A stretch of DNA of 64,000 nt from an uncultured Planctomycetia bacterium (lineage in GTDB: Bacteria > Omnitrophota > Gorgyraeia > 2-02-FULL-51-18): positions 368,168 to 432,167 of the forward strand of contig CAZXLF010000001.1 of assembly GCA_964642015.1 (NCBI GenBank). Reading direction: 5' to 3'. Under the pieces are notes generated by a model. That model was not told the DNA's origin. It was given only the letters and a program-made list of their open reading frames with translations, and did not search any database. Shown here in pieces: positions 17,121 through 27,938 of the stretch. Position 1 is the stretch's first letter, and the number at the start of each line of letters is the position of its first letter. A program made the translations under genes and the position numbers.

Positions 17121-18583
17121 CCTCTCTTAAAAAATTAATTAGCGAGGCATGCCCCGAATATTTGCGCACGTTCGAATTACCTGATATTGCTGTCCGGGGT
17201 ATTGAATGCGACTCAAGAAAGATAGAAAAAGATTTTTTGTTTGTCATGATCCGCGGGGAAAAGTTGGATGGCAGGCAATTTGCCGAGGAAGCCATCCGGC
17301 GTGGAGCGGCGGCGCTGGTGGGTGATAGACAAATATTTTTATCAACAACCGTACCGTTCATCCTGGTGCCCGATAGTCGGCTTACCGCCGCGAGGCTTGC
17401 TTCCGTTTTTCATAATTATCCTGACAAAAAAATCTGCACGATAGGGATCACCGGAACGAACGGAAAAACTACCTGCAGTTATTTGATCGAACATTTGCTT
17501 CAAAGTTTAAATAAAAAGGCGGGTGTGCTGGGAACCGTTAACTATCGTTATGCCGGAAAAATGATTCCGGCCGTTGAAACGACACCTGGGCCTTTGCGGA
17601 TCCAATCGATGCTTTCGGAAATGGTTGATCATGACTGCGAATACGCGGTGATGGAAGTTTCTTCGCACGCTTTGAGTCAGAACCGGGTAGGCGGGATTGA
17701 TTTTGAGACTGCGCTCTTCACGAATCTTACGCAGGATCATTTGGATTATCACAAAACTATGGAAGCGTATTTTGAATGTAAATCCAGACTATTCACGCAT
17801 CTTTCACCGGGCAAGACTTCTGTGATTAATATTGATGATGAATGGGGGTCAAGGCTTATTCAGATGGTTAGTTCGAACGTTATCAGCTATGCGGTCAATC
17901 ACGGAGATGCAGACCTCTGTGCCTGCAACATAAAATTCAATATTGACGGTACATATTTTGATCTTGTGGACGGTGAAGGGAAAATAAAGGTCACCTCTCC
18001 TCTTATCGGATTACACAACGTTTATAATGTTCTAGGGACTTTTGGAGTGATCAAGGCGCTTGGTTTTGATCTTAAGAAAGCGGCGGATTCTTTGAACGGG
18101 TTCCAAGGGGTGCCGGGACGTCTTGAAGCTTTGAATATGGGTCAGGATTTCCATCTCTTTGTGGATTACGCGCATACGCCAGATGGTTTAGAAAATGTGC
18201 TTTTAAGTCTGCGGCCGTATAAAAAGAAAAAACTTTTTGTTGTTTTCGGATGCGGCGGCGAACGCGACAAGGATAAGCGACCGAAGATGGGCCGCATCGC
18301 CAGTGAACATTCAGACCATGTTTTTGTGACTTCGGATAATCCCCGCTCGGAGGATCCTCATACGATCGCCAAGGAAATTCAATCAGGTTTCACCTCTGAT
18401 TTTAAAGAATTTACGATCATGCTGGACCGCAGAAAAGCGATCCGTCAGGCATTGCTGACCGCGCGGGCAGGGGATATCGTATTATTGGCCGGCAAAGGTC
18501 ATGAGACCACTCAGGTTATCGGGAATCAATCGCTGCCGTTCAATGATAAGGAAGAAGCGGAAAGAGTTTTGAGTGGACGTTAA
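17117..18583 (+). CDS. murE: UDP-MurNAc-tripeptide synthetase (meso-DAP type)
   Basis: GITGTNGKTT, MEVSSH, TNLTQDHLDYH, VDYAHTPD and DNPR motifs. Confidence 0.97.
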   Translation: MTSLKKLISEACPEYLRTFELPDIAVRGIECDSRKIEKDFLFVMIRGEKLDGRQFAEEAIRRGAAALVGDRQIFLSTTVPFILVPDSRLTAARLASVFHNYPDKKICTIGITGTNGKTTCSYLIEHLLQSLNKKAGVLGTVNYRYAGKMIPAVETTPGPLRIQSMLSEMVDHDCEYAVMEVSSHALSQNRVGGIDFETALFTNLTQDHLDYHKTMEAYFECKSRLFTHLSPGKTSVINIDDEWGSRLIQMVSSNVISYAVNHGDADLCACNIKFNIDGTYFDLVDGEGKIKVTSPLIGLHNVYNVLGTFGVIKALGFDLKKAADSLNGFQGVPGRLEALNMGQDFHLFVDYAHTPDGLENVLLSLRPYKKKKLFVVFGCGGERDKDKRPKMGRIASEHSDHVFVTSDNPRSEDPHTIAKEIQSGFTSDFKEFTIMLDRRKAIRQALLTARAGDIVLLAGKGHETTQVIGNQSLPFNDKEEAERVLSGR

Positions 18584-19958
18584 GCTGAAAAATATCATTC
18601 AGGCGATCGGCGCCGAAGTCATCGGTGATATTGATCAAGGCCAATCTATCCACGAAATATCTACGGATACACGAGCATTAGACAAAGCGGACCTTTTTAT
18701 TGCTTTGATCGGAAAACAATTCAACGGCCATGATTTTATCAAGGAAGCCGCTGAGAAGAAAGTCCGATACTTTGTCATCTCGGATACAAAAATAATTACG
18801 CCCGATCTTAAAAAATCGGCTGTATTTTTTATTGTCCAAGACACTTTAAAGGCTTACGGAGATCTGGCAAGTTTTTATAGAAGGCAATTCAAAATACCGG
18901 CCGTTGCGATCACCGGAAGTTCCGGGAAGACAACCGTTAAGGAATTAAGCACCCATGTCATTTCACAGTCCTATAGTGTTCTAAAAAATAGAGGCACTGA
19001 GAACAATTTAGTCGGTGTGCCTAAGACAATTTTTCAGTTGAACGAAGCTCATCAGGTCATGGTGCTAGAGATGGGTACGAGTTTTCCGGGCGAAATCGAG
19101 CGGCTTTCATCGATTATCGGGCCTCAAGTAGGGCTCGTGACGCAGATTGGCTTGGCACATCTCGAAGGTTTCGGCAGCCAGGAAAAAATAAAGGAGGAAA
19201 AGCTTAAAGTATTGAACCATTTAGAACGAGGAGGCACTCTGGTCCTGAATGGCCAAGACCCTTTGCTTAAGGATGTTAAAAGCGGGGTTCATAAAGTAGT
19301 GCGCGTAGCGCTTGAGAAGAATGGTAATGATTTCTGGGCTGAACAGATATGGTGCCATGAGACCGGATCTTCATTTTATCTGAACGGCAAAGATCTCTTC
19401 GAGACTCAGCTTATAGGTAGGCACAATGTGCTGAACTGTCTGTTTGCGATCGCTGTGGCGATCGCCTTGGGAGTGGAGTTATCATTGATCCAAAAGGCGC
19501 TCACCTCTTTTAAACCTGTCAACGGGCGCATGTTCCCGAAATCGTTTGACGGCATACAATTTTTGGACGACACTTACAATTCTAACCCGAATTCTTTCAA
19601 AGCTTCGCTTGAAACGTTGAAAGAATTCAAAATGCGCGGTCGCAAAGGCGTCGTTTGCGGAGACATGCTTGAACTAGGCGGTCAGTCTGAGACGCTTCAC
19701 CGTCAGATCGGAGCTCTTATCGCGGATTGGCTTTTTGACTATGTGATAGCCGTTGGACCGATGTCGAAATTTCTTGTGGATGAAGCGATCCAGAAAGGGT
19801 TTGATCCTAAAAGGGTGCATCATGTTGCGGATAGCGTGGAAGCAGGAAGGCTTTGCCGCGAGATCGCTCAAACCGGGGATATGATCCTGGTTAAAGGATC
19901 GCGTGGAATGAAAATGGAAAAGGTTTTCGAATGCTTTATCACCTCCTCTATCCGCTAA
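18573..19958 (+). CDS. murF: UDP-MurNAc-pentapeptide synthetase
   Basis: ISTDTR, ITGSSGKTTVKE, DDTYNSNP, GDMLELG, VKGSRGMKME. Confidence 0.97.
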   Translation: MDVKLKNIIQAIGAEVIGDIDQGQSIHEISTDTRALDKADLFIALIGKQFNGHDFIKEAAEKKVRYFVISDTKIITPDLKKSAVFFIVQDTLKAYGDLASFYRRQFKIPAVAITGSSGKTTVKELSTHVISQSYSVLKNRGTENNLVGVPKTIFQLNEAHQVMVLEMGTSFPGEIERLSSIIGPQVGLVTQIGLAHLEGFGSQEKIKEEKLKVLNHLERGGTLVLNGQDPLLKDVKSGVHKVVRVALEKNGNDFWAEQIWCHETGSSFYLNGKDLFETQLIGRHNVLNCLFAIAVAIALGVELSLIQKALTSFKPVNGRMFPKSFDGIQFLDDTYNSNPNSFKASLETLKEFKMRGRKGVVCGDMLELGGQSETLHRQIGALIADWLFDYVIAVGPMSKFLVDEAIQKGFDPKRVHHVADSVEAGRLCREIAQTGDMILVKGSRGMKMEKVFECFITSSIR

Positions 19959-21019
19959 GGGATTATTTCTTCGGGTTCAACGTTTTTCGCTACATCACTT
20001 TTCGCGCAGCGATGGCAAGCATCACGGCATTTCTTGTCAGTCTGTTGATCGGGCCTTTTGTCATCCGGTTTTTGCATCAATTAGAGCTTAAACAAACGAT
20101 CCATCGCGAAGGATTCTCAAAGCTGTATAAGGCTCACGAGGGCAAGGAAAAAGTGCCGACGATGGGCGGCTTATTGATCTTAGGATCGCTTGTGATCTCG
20201 ACGGTCTTATGGGCCGATCTGGCCAACCGTTATGTATTGATATGTCTTTTGGTGGTGATATGGCTTGGTTTTGTCGGTTTTTTGGATGACTATATAAAAT
20301 TTTTAAAAAAAGATTCCAAGGGATTAAAAGCAGCGACGAAATTTTTCGGACAGATATCGATCAGTTTAGCATTGGGCCTTTTTTTATATTTTGACTCAAC
20401 TTTTTGGCAGAATTTAAACGTCCCTTTTCTTAAAAATTTGGTTTTGACATTGGGCCCGCTTTATATTTTGTTCGTTATTTTAGTCATAACAGGCGCTTCA
20501 AATGCGGTGAATCTTACCGACGGGCTTGATGGTTTGGCGATCGGGTGCACCGCAATGATAGCGTTGACTTACGGTTTGCTCAGTTATCTTGTTGGAAATA
20601 TCAAGATCAGCGGTTATCTGCATATTCCTTATGTTCCGGGTTCTGGTGAACTGGCTATTTTTTGTTTGGCGTTATTTGGAGCCGGAATGGGTTTTCTCTG
20701 GTTCAATTCTCATCCCGCAAGCGTATTCATGGGAGATACAGGATCTCTCAGTATAGGAGGCGCTCTTGGAACCGTGGCGCTTCTGACCAAGAAAGAGCTT
20801 TTACTTTTGATCATCGGCGGTGTATTTGTTATGGAAGCGCTTTCGGTGATTATACAAGTAGCCAGTTACAAGTCTCGGAAGAAAAGAGTGTTCTTGATGG
20901 CGCCAATCCATCACCATTTTCAGCTGAAGGGTCTATCAGAATCTAAGGTTGTGATCCGATTTTGGATCGTGTCTTTTATTTTGACTCTGATCGGCCTGGC
21001 ATCGCTTAAATTGCAATGA
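19931..21019 (+). CDS. mraY: Phospho-MurNAc-pentapeptide transferase
   Basis: PTMGG, GFLDDY, NAVNLTDGLDGLA, FMGDTGS, MAPIHHHF. Confidence 0.98.
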   Translation: MLYHLLYPLRDYFFGFNVFRYITFRAAMASITAFLVSLLIGPFVIRFLHQLELKQTIHREGFSKLYKAHEGKEKVPTMGGLLILGSLVISTVLWADLANRYVLICLLVVIWLGFVGFLDDYIKFLKKDSKGLKAATKFFGQISISLALGLFLYFDSTFWQNLNVPFLKNLVLTLGPLYILFVILVITGASNAVNLTDGLDGLAIGCTAMIALTYGLLSYLVGNIKISGYLHIPYVPGSGELAIFCLALFGAGMGFLWFNSHPASVFMGDTGSLSIGGALGTVALLTKKELLLLIIGGVFVMEALSVIIQVASYKSRKKRVFLMAPIHHHFQLKGLSESKVVIRFWIVSFILTLIGLASLKLQ

Positions 21020-21026
21020 GAAAAGA

Positions 21027-22448
21027 ATGAATTTCAAGAACAAACACATCTGTGTCATCGGTCTTGGTAAAAGCGGGTTTGCCGCGTCGAGGTTTTTGCA
21101 TCATCATGGCGCCAATGTAAGAGTGACCGATTCTTCGGATAAAAAAGAGGTTCTTGAAAACGCCGATTTTTTAAAAAACTTGGGCGTTCTGGTCGAGACC
21201 GGTGGCCATTCAGAGACTTTTGTCAAAAAAAGCGATTTGATCATAACAAGCCCAGGGGTGTCGAAAAGCAGTTTGCCTCTGCAAATCGCCGCAAAAATAA
21301 AAATTCCCGTGATCAGCGAAATTGAACTTGCATCCTATTTTTGTAAAGGTCGTAAAGTGGCTGTGACAGGGTCTAACGGAAAGACGACGACATGCCACTT
21401 GATCGATCGGATTATCCGTGATGCTGGAAGAAAGAGCGCTCTCTGCGGCAATGTTGGTTATTCATTTTTGGAAGCGGTTCCTTCCATTGATAAGAAAACG
21501 ACAGCAGTGATCGAGCTGAGCTCGTTTCAATTGGAAGACAGCCCGACTTTCAGACCGCAAGTCGCTGTGGTCCTGAACGTCAGCCGCAACCATTTGGACC
21601 GTCATGGGAGCATGGAGGCATATATCAAGGCAAAGGAAGCTATTTTTAGGAATCAGAGAAAAACAGATTGCCTTATTTTAAATTATAATGATGCCATTGT
21701 TAATCAGATGGCTCAAAAAACACGTTCGCAAGTTATCTTCTTCAGTAAACAGCCGATTTCCAATGGTGTTTTTGCAAGGAATGGGCAAATTGTTTTCCGC
21801 AAAAATAATCAGGAGAAGATACTGTTAAATTACGGCAGGTTAAAATTAAAAGGCGATCATAATCTTGAGAACGTTCTTGCGGCAGTCACTGTCGCTATAG
21901 TTTTGAAGTTACCGATGCGTAGCGTCCAGAAGACCATCAATTCCTTTGAAACGCTTGAGCACAGGATCGAATCGATCGGTACGCTCGGCGATGTCCATTT
22001 TATCAACGATTCCAAATCGACGACTGTTGAGAGTACGGTTGCAGCGATCAAAGCGATCGATGGCCCTGTCATCCTGATCGCCGGAGGGCGGAATAAAGGT
22101 GCGCTGTTTAATGAGATCGAACCGTTGTTAAACCAGAAAGTGAAACAGGCGGTGCTTTATGGTGAATCCCGTGAAGCGATCGCTTCATCATGGAAGTCTT
22201 ATAAAAAGTATCATATGGAATCCGATTTTAGAAAAGCGGTCAGGACGGCTTATAGCCTGGCCGAAAAAGGGGATTCAATTTTATTGTCTCCTATGTGCAC
22301 TAGCTTTGACCAATTCAGCTGTTTTGAGGAGCGCGGAGAAGTTTTTAAAGACGAATTTGCCAATCTAAAACGTTTATTTGATTCGCTCCATTCCGACCAC
22401 CTTAACGAAGCATCTGTAACGATCGCTGCTCGTTCAAGCATGCGTTGA
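21027..22448 (+). CDS. murD: UDP-MurNAc-L-Ala:D-Glu ligase
   Basis: GLGKSG, VTGSNGKTTT, ELSSFQL, HLDRH, NDSKST, LSPMCTSFDQF. Confidence 0.97.
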   Translation: MNFKNKHICVIGLGKSGFAASRFLHHHGANVRVTDSSDKKEVLENADFLKNLGVLVETGGHSETFVKKSDLIITSPGVSKSSLPLQIAAKIKIPVISEIELASYFCKGRKVAVTGSNGKTTTCHLIDRIIRDAGRKSALCGNVGYSFLEAVPSIDKKTTAVIELSSFQLEDSPTFRPQVAVVLNVSRNHLDRHGSMEAYIKAKEAIFRNQRKTDCLILNYNDAIVNQMAQKTRSQVIFFSKQPISNGVFARNGQIVFRKNNQEKILLNYGRLKLKGDHNLENVLAAVTVAIVLKLPMRSVQKTINSFETLEHRIESIGTLGDVHFINDSKSTTVESTVAAIKAIDGPVILIAGGRNKGALFNEIEPLLNQKVKQAVLYGESREAIASSWKSYKKYHMESDFRKAVRTAYSLAEKGDSILLSPMCTSFDQFSCFEERGEVFKDEFANLKRLFDSLHSDHLNEASVTIAARSSMR

Positions 22449-22453
22449 AATTC

Positions 22454-23566
22454 ATGGAACCCTTAGCAAAGGCCAGAAATCTTCTGGTAGGATCCGCACT
22501 TGTTCTCTTATCGACAGGCATTGTGATGATATACAGCGCCAGCGCGATTTACTCGTTCGATCGCATGGGAGACAGCTGTTATTTCATCAAGCGTCATTTG
22601 GCTTATCTGGCCGTGGGTACTTTTCTGGCTTTTTGGGCGGCATCGGTCGATTACCAGGCAATGAGAAAGCGCGCGTTACCAATTCTGGGGACAGCGGTGG
22701 CTCTTTTAGTATTTGTGCTAATTCCTCACGTTGGACATTCTACAGGCGGAGCCAGAAGATGGTTCAAAGTGTTGGGTTTCAGTTTCCAGCCTTCGGAATT
22801 CTTGAAGCTCGCGCTTATTTTCTATATGGCGGATTATTTGCAACGAAAGAAGGACTCTCTTAAAGACATTAAACACACACTGTTACCAGCTCTTTTTGTG
22901 TTGGGAGCTAGCGCAGGCCTGATATTAAAGCAGCCGGACCTAGGCACAGCTGTTACCATAGCGCTTGTGACCTTGATTATGTTTTTTGCGGCGGGGATCG
23001 ATATCAAATATCTTTTGGTGATCGTAACGGGCGCAGTTCCCATGCTCGCATATTTGATGCTCGCAAAACCTTATCGCCGTAAAAGAATCCTTGCATTTTT
23101 TCATCCGTGGGATGACCCGCGGGGAGTGGGATTTCAGATCATCCAGTCATTTTTGGCTTTGGGTTCAGGAGGACTTTTTGGAGTGGGGTTGGGCAAGTCT
23201 CAGCAAAAATTATTTTATCTTCCTGAATCTCACACAGATTTTATTTTTTCGATCATCGGTGAAGAATTGGGTTTTATCGGCGCAAGCGCGGTGGTCATTC
23301 TGTTCATTATATTCATTTTCGCGGGCATGGTAATTGTATTTCGCGCACGCGATCATTTCTCTCAGCTCATGAGCCTTGGCCTGATCAGTCTTATCGCGAT
23401 AGAAGCGATCATCAATATCGGAGTCAGCATCGGCGCATTACCTACCAAAGGGCTGTCTTTGCCTTTCATTAGTTACGGCGGTTCGGCGCTTTTAGCGAAT
23501 ATGGTCGCTCTGGGATTATTGGTAAATGTTTCGAAGCGATTGCCCGATCAAGAACAGCAAGCATAA
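22454..23566 (+). CDS. ftsW: SEDS peptidoglycan glycosyltransferase FtsW
   Basis: GARRWF, FQPSEFLK, QPDLGT, LPESHTDFIF, LPFISYGGS. Start 22445 (TTG) or 22454. Confidence 0.96.
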   Translation: MEPLAKARNLLVGSALVLLSTGIVMIYSASAIYSFDRMGDSCYFIKRHLAYLAVGTFLAFWAASVDYQAMRKRALPILGTAVALLVFVLIPHVGHSTGGARRWFKVLGFSFQPSEFLKLALIFYMADYLQRKKDSLKDIKHTLLPALFVLGASAGLILKQPDLGTAVTIALVTLIMFFAAGIDIKYLLVIVTGAVPMLAYLMLAKPYRRKRILAFFHPWDDPRGVGFQIIQSFLALGSGGLFGVGLGKSQQKLFYLPESHTDFIFSIIGEELGFIGASAVVILFIIFIFAGMVIVFRARDHFSQLMSLGLISLIAIEAIINIGVSIGALPTKGLSLPFISYGGSALLANMVALGLLVNVSKRLPDQEQQA

Positions 23567-23589
23567 TCATTGATGTCTGGAGACGTGTT

Positions 23590-24708
23590 ATGAAAATAAT
23601 GATGGCCTGCGGAGGTACAGGCGGGCATATTTTTCCGGCATTCAGCGTTGCGGAAGAGATTAAAGAAAGAGATATCTCCGCAGAGATCGTATACGTCTGC
23701 GGGAAATTGGATATCGAAAACGCGATTTTTAAGATCGTTTCTGATGAGAAAGTGGTATCGGTGGAAAGTGCCCCTTTTCGGGGCGCTCGTTCTTTATTCA
23801 GTCCCATTTTTTTGATAAAATTGATCCAAGGGTTATGGCAATCGTTCAGGATATTGCAGAATGAAAAGCCGGATCTTGTGACTGGATTCGGCGGTTATTT
23901 TGCTTTTCCGATCGTGCTTGTGGCCAGTTGGATGCGAATCCCAACGCTTATACACGAACAAAATGTGATACCCGGCAAGGCGAATAAGGCGCTTGCCGGG
24001 ATCGTTGATGGCGTTGCGCTTAGTTTTCCCGAGACGCGTCAATGGCTGGACCCTAAAGGCGAATGTCGGGTAACGGGGAACCCGGTCAGGTTGGCTATTG
24101 AAAGGGATTGTCGGCCTGAGGCTTTAAGATTTTTTGGTTTTGATGATCATCGGGTGACTTTGTTGGTGCTGGGTGGAAGTCAGGGCGCCGAATCTATCAA
24201 TGTTCTTTTTCTAGGCGCGCTGCCTTTGATGGCGGATTCAGTTAAAAATAAGATTCAGGTCGTGCATCTTTGCGGGCGCATGGCCGCGACCACTGCAGAA
24301 GAAGCTCTAAAGAAACACGGCGTCTTGGGTAAAGCTTACTCATTTTTTGAGCGTATGGATTTGATTTACAGCGTTTCTGATCTGGCGCTCGGAAGGGCCG
24401 GAGCTACTTTTTTATCGGAAATAAGCGTAAAAAAGATACCGGCCATTTTAATTCCATATCCTTCGGCCGATGAGCATCAACTGGCCAATGCAAAAGCTTT
24501 CTGTCGTGGAAAAGATTCGGTGTATCGCGAACAGAAAGACTTGACGAGTGGAAAATTGGCAGAGGAACTCGTTCATTTTATCAACAAGGTGTTTGCAGAG
24601 AAAAGCGGGCAAACGGATATTAGACAGAATGGGCATGCGGAACAAGTTAATTCCAGGAGTTTGCTTGCAGATTATATGGTAGAGAAATTGAGAAAAAATG
24701 AGCGATAA
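23590..24708 (+). CDS. murG: MurG glycosyltransferase
   Basis: GGTGGHIFPA, GFGGY, HEQN, TGNPVR, GGSQGA, HQLANA. Confidence 0.97.
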   Translation: MKIMMACGGTGGHIFPAFSVAEEIKERDISAEIVYVCGKLDIENAIFKIVSDEKVVSVESAPFRGARSLFSPIFLIKLIQGLWQSFRILQNEKPDLVTGFGGYFAFPIVLVASWMRIPTLIHEQNVIPGKANKALAGIVDGVALSFPETRQWLDPKGECRVTGNPVRLAIERDCRPEALRFFGFDDHRVTLLVLGGSQGAESINVLFLGALPLMADSVKNKIQVVHLCGRMAATTAEEALKKHGVLGKAYSFFERMDLIYSVSDLALGRAGATFLSEISVKKIPAILIPYPSADEHQLANAKAFCRGKDSVYREQKDLTSGKLAEELVHFINKVFAEKSGQTDIRQNGHAEQVNSRSLLADYMVEKLRKNER

Positions 24709-26974
24709 ACAAACCGTTCACTTTATAGGTATTGGTGGCGTTGGGATGAGCGGTATCGCAAAATTCCTGCTGTCTCAAGGCTTTAAGGTGCAGGGAACCG
24801 ATGCGAAAGCCAATGACATCCTTATGTCTTTAAAGGAACTGGGCGCAAAAATTCAGGTTGGACATGATCCCTCATTTGTTGAAGGTGCGGATCTTGTTAT
24901 TTATTCATCGTCGATTCCCGTATCTCATCCCGAGAGAGCGTTTGCTGAGAAACGAGGTATTAAAATAATCCATCGTGCCGAGGCGTTGGCTGAACTGTGT
25001 CACGATAAGTTTACCATTGCAGTAACCGGTACACATGGGAAAACGACAACGACCGCGCTGATCGGTACGATCTTGGAGAGCGCTCAACGCGACCCCTCGA
25101 TCGTCGTGGGAGGGTGGGTAACTGCGTTGGGCGGAAATGCCCGTATTGGCAGAGGTAAGGAGATCGTGATCGAAGCAGACGAAAGTGATTCTTCCTTTTT
25201 GAAATTTTCCCCAGACATTGAAGTGATTACCAATATTGAAGAAGAACACATGGATCATTTTAATTCGATCAAAGAAGTGGAAAATGCTTACTATAATTTT
25301 TTGGATCGACTGCCGGTAAATGGGGAATGGTTCGGTTGCGGTGAAGACTCTAGAATTCTGGATTTTGCGCGACGTGGGATTAGGAATTCAACGCTTTACG
25401 GTTTTGACCCAACCATCAACTCGATCTATGCGACCGATATCGATGAATGTCCGGGCGGTTTGCGTGGCGTTTCTTTCAAAGTTTGGGATCGAAACGCGCT
25501 TTTGGGCAAAGTCGAAATGAAGATCATCGGCAGACACAACGTGTTGAACGCACTGGCGGCTGCGGCGGTAGGGTTAAAGTTGGGGATAACGTTTTCTACG
25601 ATTCAAAAAGCGCTCGGCACCTATCAAGGTGCCGGCAGGAGATTCGACGTAAAGTATGAAGATCCCGAATTTTTAGTTGTGGATGATTATGCGCATCATC
25701 CGACGGAAATCCAAAAGACCCTTATGGCTGCGAAAGCATTGCATAAAAAGCGGATCATTGCGTTATTTCAGCCTCATCGTTATACCCGCACTGAAACTTT
25801 TTTGGAACAATTTGCCTCGAGTTTTTTTGACGCGGACAAACTGGTGGTCACGGACATTTATGCTGCAAGCGAAATGCCCCGACCCAATGTTTCGGGTGAT
25901 CGTGTTTGCCGTGCGATCCAGACATCCGGTCATCGCGATGCAGTTTTTATAGAAAGATCGCGTCTTACGGAATATGTGCAGGAACAGATCGTGTCCGGCG
26001 ATCTTGTGATCACCTTGGGCGCCGGGGATATTGGGCAAGTTGCGACGCAATTATCGGATTATCTTAGATCATCACATAAAGATCATGTCTCAAATCCATT
26101 CGGAATGCTCAAAGGAAAAGTGTGTCTTAACGAACCGCTTTCACAGCACACTTCACTTAAAGTGGGCGGGCCGGCGGATTTTTGGATCGAGCCGGAGGAT
26201 GAAGAAGACTTAAGGCGCGCTTTACTGATTTGCAAAGAGCGTCATTTGAACGTCCATATTTTTGGCGCCGGCAGCAATCTGCTTGTTTCAGATAAAGGAT
26301 TGAGAGGCGCTGTTTTTTCTTTCTCATCGGCTTATTTCCGGGCAATTCGCCTTGAGAATGGTATGGTTGTTGCCCGCGCGGGCGTGTTGAATACCTCTTT
26401 TATTCAGCATGCGATGGAAAATGGATATGGTGGTTTTGAATTTTTGCTTGGGATTCCTGGCTGTATCGGAGGAGCGATCGCAATGAACGCTGGTAGCCAT
26501 GGTCAATCGGTGGACGCGCTAGTTTCTTCAGTTAAGGTAATGGATTTCAATGGAAATCAAAAGGTGTTGAAAAAAGGCGAAATACCTTTTAACTACCGTT
26601 CCTCGGGGATTCAAGATAACATTATTTTGGAAGGAGTTTTTTTGTTGCCGCGAAGCGATCGATCTCAAGTGCAGAAAAGGTTGGATGAGTATCACACCTA
26701 TCGGCAATCGACGCAGGACCTCAGGCATCCCAGCGCAGGTTGCATGTTCAAAAACCCGAAAGTTATTAACTGTTCCAGCGGTAAATTGATCGAAGACGCC
26801 GGACTCAAAGGGCGAAGGATCGGCAACGCCCAAATCTCTTTGAAGCACGCTAATTTCATAATCAATCTTGGTGGTGCCTCATCAAAAGATGTCATCAGTT
26901 TGATCGAAGAGGTTAGAAAAACGGTTAAGCAAAAATTTCAAGTTGAGCTTGAAACCGAGGTAAAGCTGCTATGA
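24698..26974 (+). CDS. murC: Fused MurC (N-terminal) and MurB (C-terminal)
   Basis: MurC motifs HFIGIGGVGMSG, GTHGKTTTT, EADESD, DDYAHHPTEI, FQPHRYTR. MurB motifs HTSLKVGGPA, GAGSNLL, GIPGCIGGAIAMNAG, SAGCMFKNP, KHANFIIN, LETEV. One continuous frame. Confidence 0.95.
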   Translation: MSDKQTVHFIGIGGVGMSGIAKFLLSQGFKVQGTDAKANDILMSLKELGAKIQVGHDPSFVEGADLVIYSSSIPVSHPERAFAEKRGIKIIHRAEALAELCHDKFTIAVTGTHGKTTTTALIGTILESAQRDPSIVVGGWVTALGGNARIGRGKEIVIEADESDSSFLKFSPDIEVITNIEEEHMDHFNSIKEVENAYYNFLDRLPVNGEWFGCGEDSRILDFARRGIRNSTLYGFDPTINSIYATDIDECPGGLRGVSFKVWDRNALLGKVEMKIIGRHNVLNALAAAAVGLKLGITFSTIQKALGTYQGAGRRFDVKYEDPEFLVVDDYAHHPTEIQKTLMAAKALHKKRIIALFQPHRYTRTETFLEQFASSFFDADKLVVTDIYAASEMPRPNVSGDRVCRAIQTSGHRDAVFIERSRLTEYVQEQIVSGDLVITLGAGDIGQVATQLSDYLRSSHKDHVSNPFGMLKGKVCLNEPLSQHTSLKVGGPADFWIEPEDEEDLRRALLICKERHLNVHIFGAGSNLLVSDKGLRGAVFSFSSAYFRAIRLENGMVVARAGVLNTSFIQHAMENGYGGFEFLLGIPGCIGGAIAMNAGSHGQSVDALVSSVKVMDFNGNQKVLKKGEIPFNYRSSGIQDNIILEGVFLLPRSDRSQVQKRLDEYHTYRQSTQDLRHPSAGCMFKNPKVINCSSGKLIEDAGLKGRRIGNAQISLKHANFIINLGGASSKDVISLIEEVRKTVKQKFQVELETEVKLL

Positions 26975-27933
26975 TCGATTGGACGCAGGAGAAAGTTGTG
27001 GTGCTTGCCGGCGGTATGTCATGCGAAAAAGAAATTTCTCTGATTTCTGGCCAGGCAGTGCTCGATGCATTGTTAAGCAAAAATATTCCAACAGTATTGA
27101 TCGATCCAGCCGCGGATTTTACGGCTAGATTGAAAAAGGAATCTCCGACCATCGTTTTTTTGGCCTTGCACGGGACTTTCGGCGAAGATGGTTCTGTGCA
27201 AAAAATTCTTGAGGATCAGGGCATGGTTTACACAGGCTCAGGCATAGAGACGAGTCGAAACGCTTTTGACAAATCCAAGGCGCAAAAGATCTTTCAGAAT
27301 GCAGGCATAAAAGTCCCGGAATTTGCCGTCATTTTAAAAAAAGAGATCTCTGTTTTGCCAAAAAATCTTTCTTTTCCGGTGGTGGTAAAACCTGCAAGTG
27401 CGGGGTCAAGTGTCGGGATCAGCATAGTTTTTGATAGGTCCAATTTTCTGCCGGCTGTGAAAGAGGCGTTCCGCTATTCGGATACGGTTCTTGTGGATCG
27501 GTATATTTCTGGTCGGGAACTGACTGTGGGGTTTCTAGGGAATGCGCCTCTTCCGATAGTCGAAGTCATTCCGCAAAGAAAATTTTATGATTATCAGGCT
27601 AAGTATAAGGATGGCGGCACGCGATATGAATTTCCGGCGAAGTTAACACCCCAAGAGACTAAAAAAGTCGCTGACCTGGCAACGTCGGCGGTTAAGGTGG
27701 CTGGCTGCGAAGTTATGGCGCGCGTTGACCTGATCTTAGCGGACGACGGTCAGCCTTATGTGCTTGAGGTAAATACTATCCCTGGTCTTACAGGGAAAAG
27801 CCTGCTCCCTAAGGCGGCCAGCGCTGCGGGAATCGACTTTTCAACTCTTTGTGTTAGAATCTTAGACTTGTCCTTGGAAGCAAGACGGTATCGGGGATCA
27901 AGACTGCTGCCAAATGAAAAAGTGAAAATTTAA
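26971..27933 (+). CDS. ddl: D-alanine--D-alanine ligase
   Basis: GGMSCEKEIS, LHGTFGEDG, VKPASAGSSVG, FYDYQAKY, EVNTIPG. Confidence 0.97.
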   Translation: MIDWTQEKVVVLAGGMSCEKEISLISGQAVLDALLSKNIPTVLIDPAADFTARLKKESPTIVFLALHGTFGEDGSVQKILEDQGMVYTGSGIETSRNAFDKSKAQKIFQNAGIKVPEFAVILKKEISVLPKNLSFPVVVKPASAGSSVGISIVFDRSNFLPAVKEAFRYSDTVLVDRYISGRELTVGFLGNAPLPIVEVIPQRKFYDYQAKYKDGGTRYEFPAKLTPQETKKVADLATSAVKVAGCEVMARVDLILADDGQPYVLEVNTIPGLTGKSLLPKAASAAGIDFSTLCVRILDLSLEARRYRGSRLLPNEKVKI

Positions 27934-27938
27934 TATTC

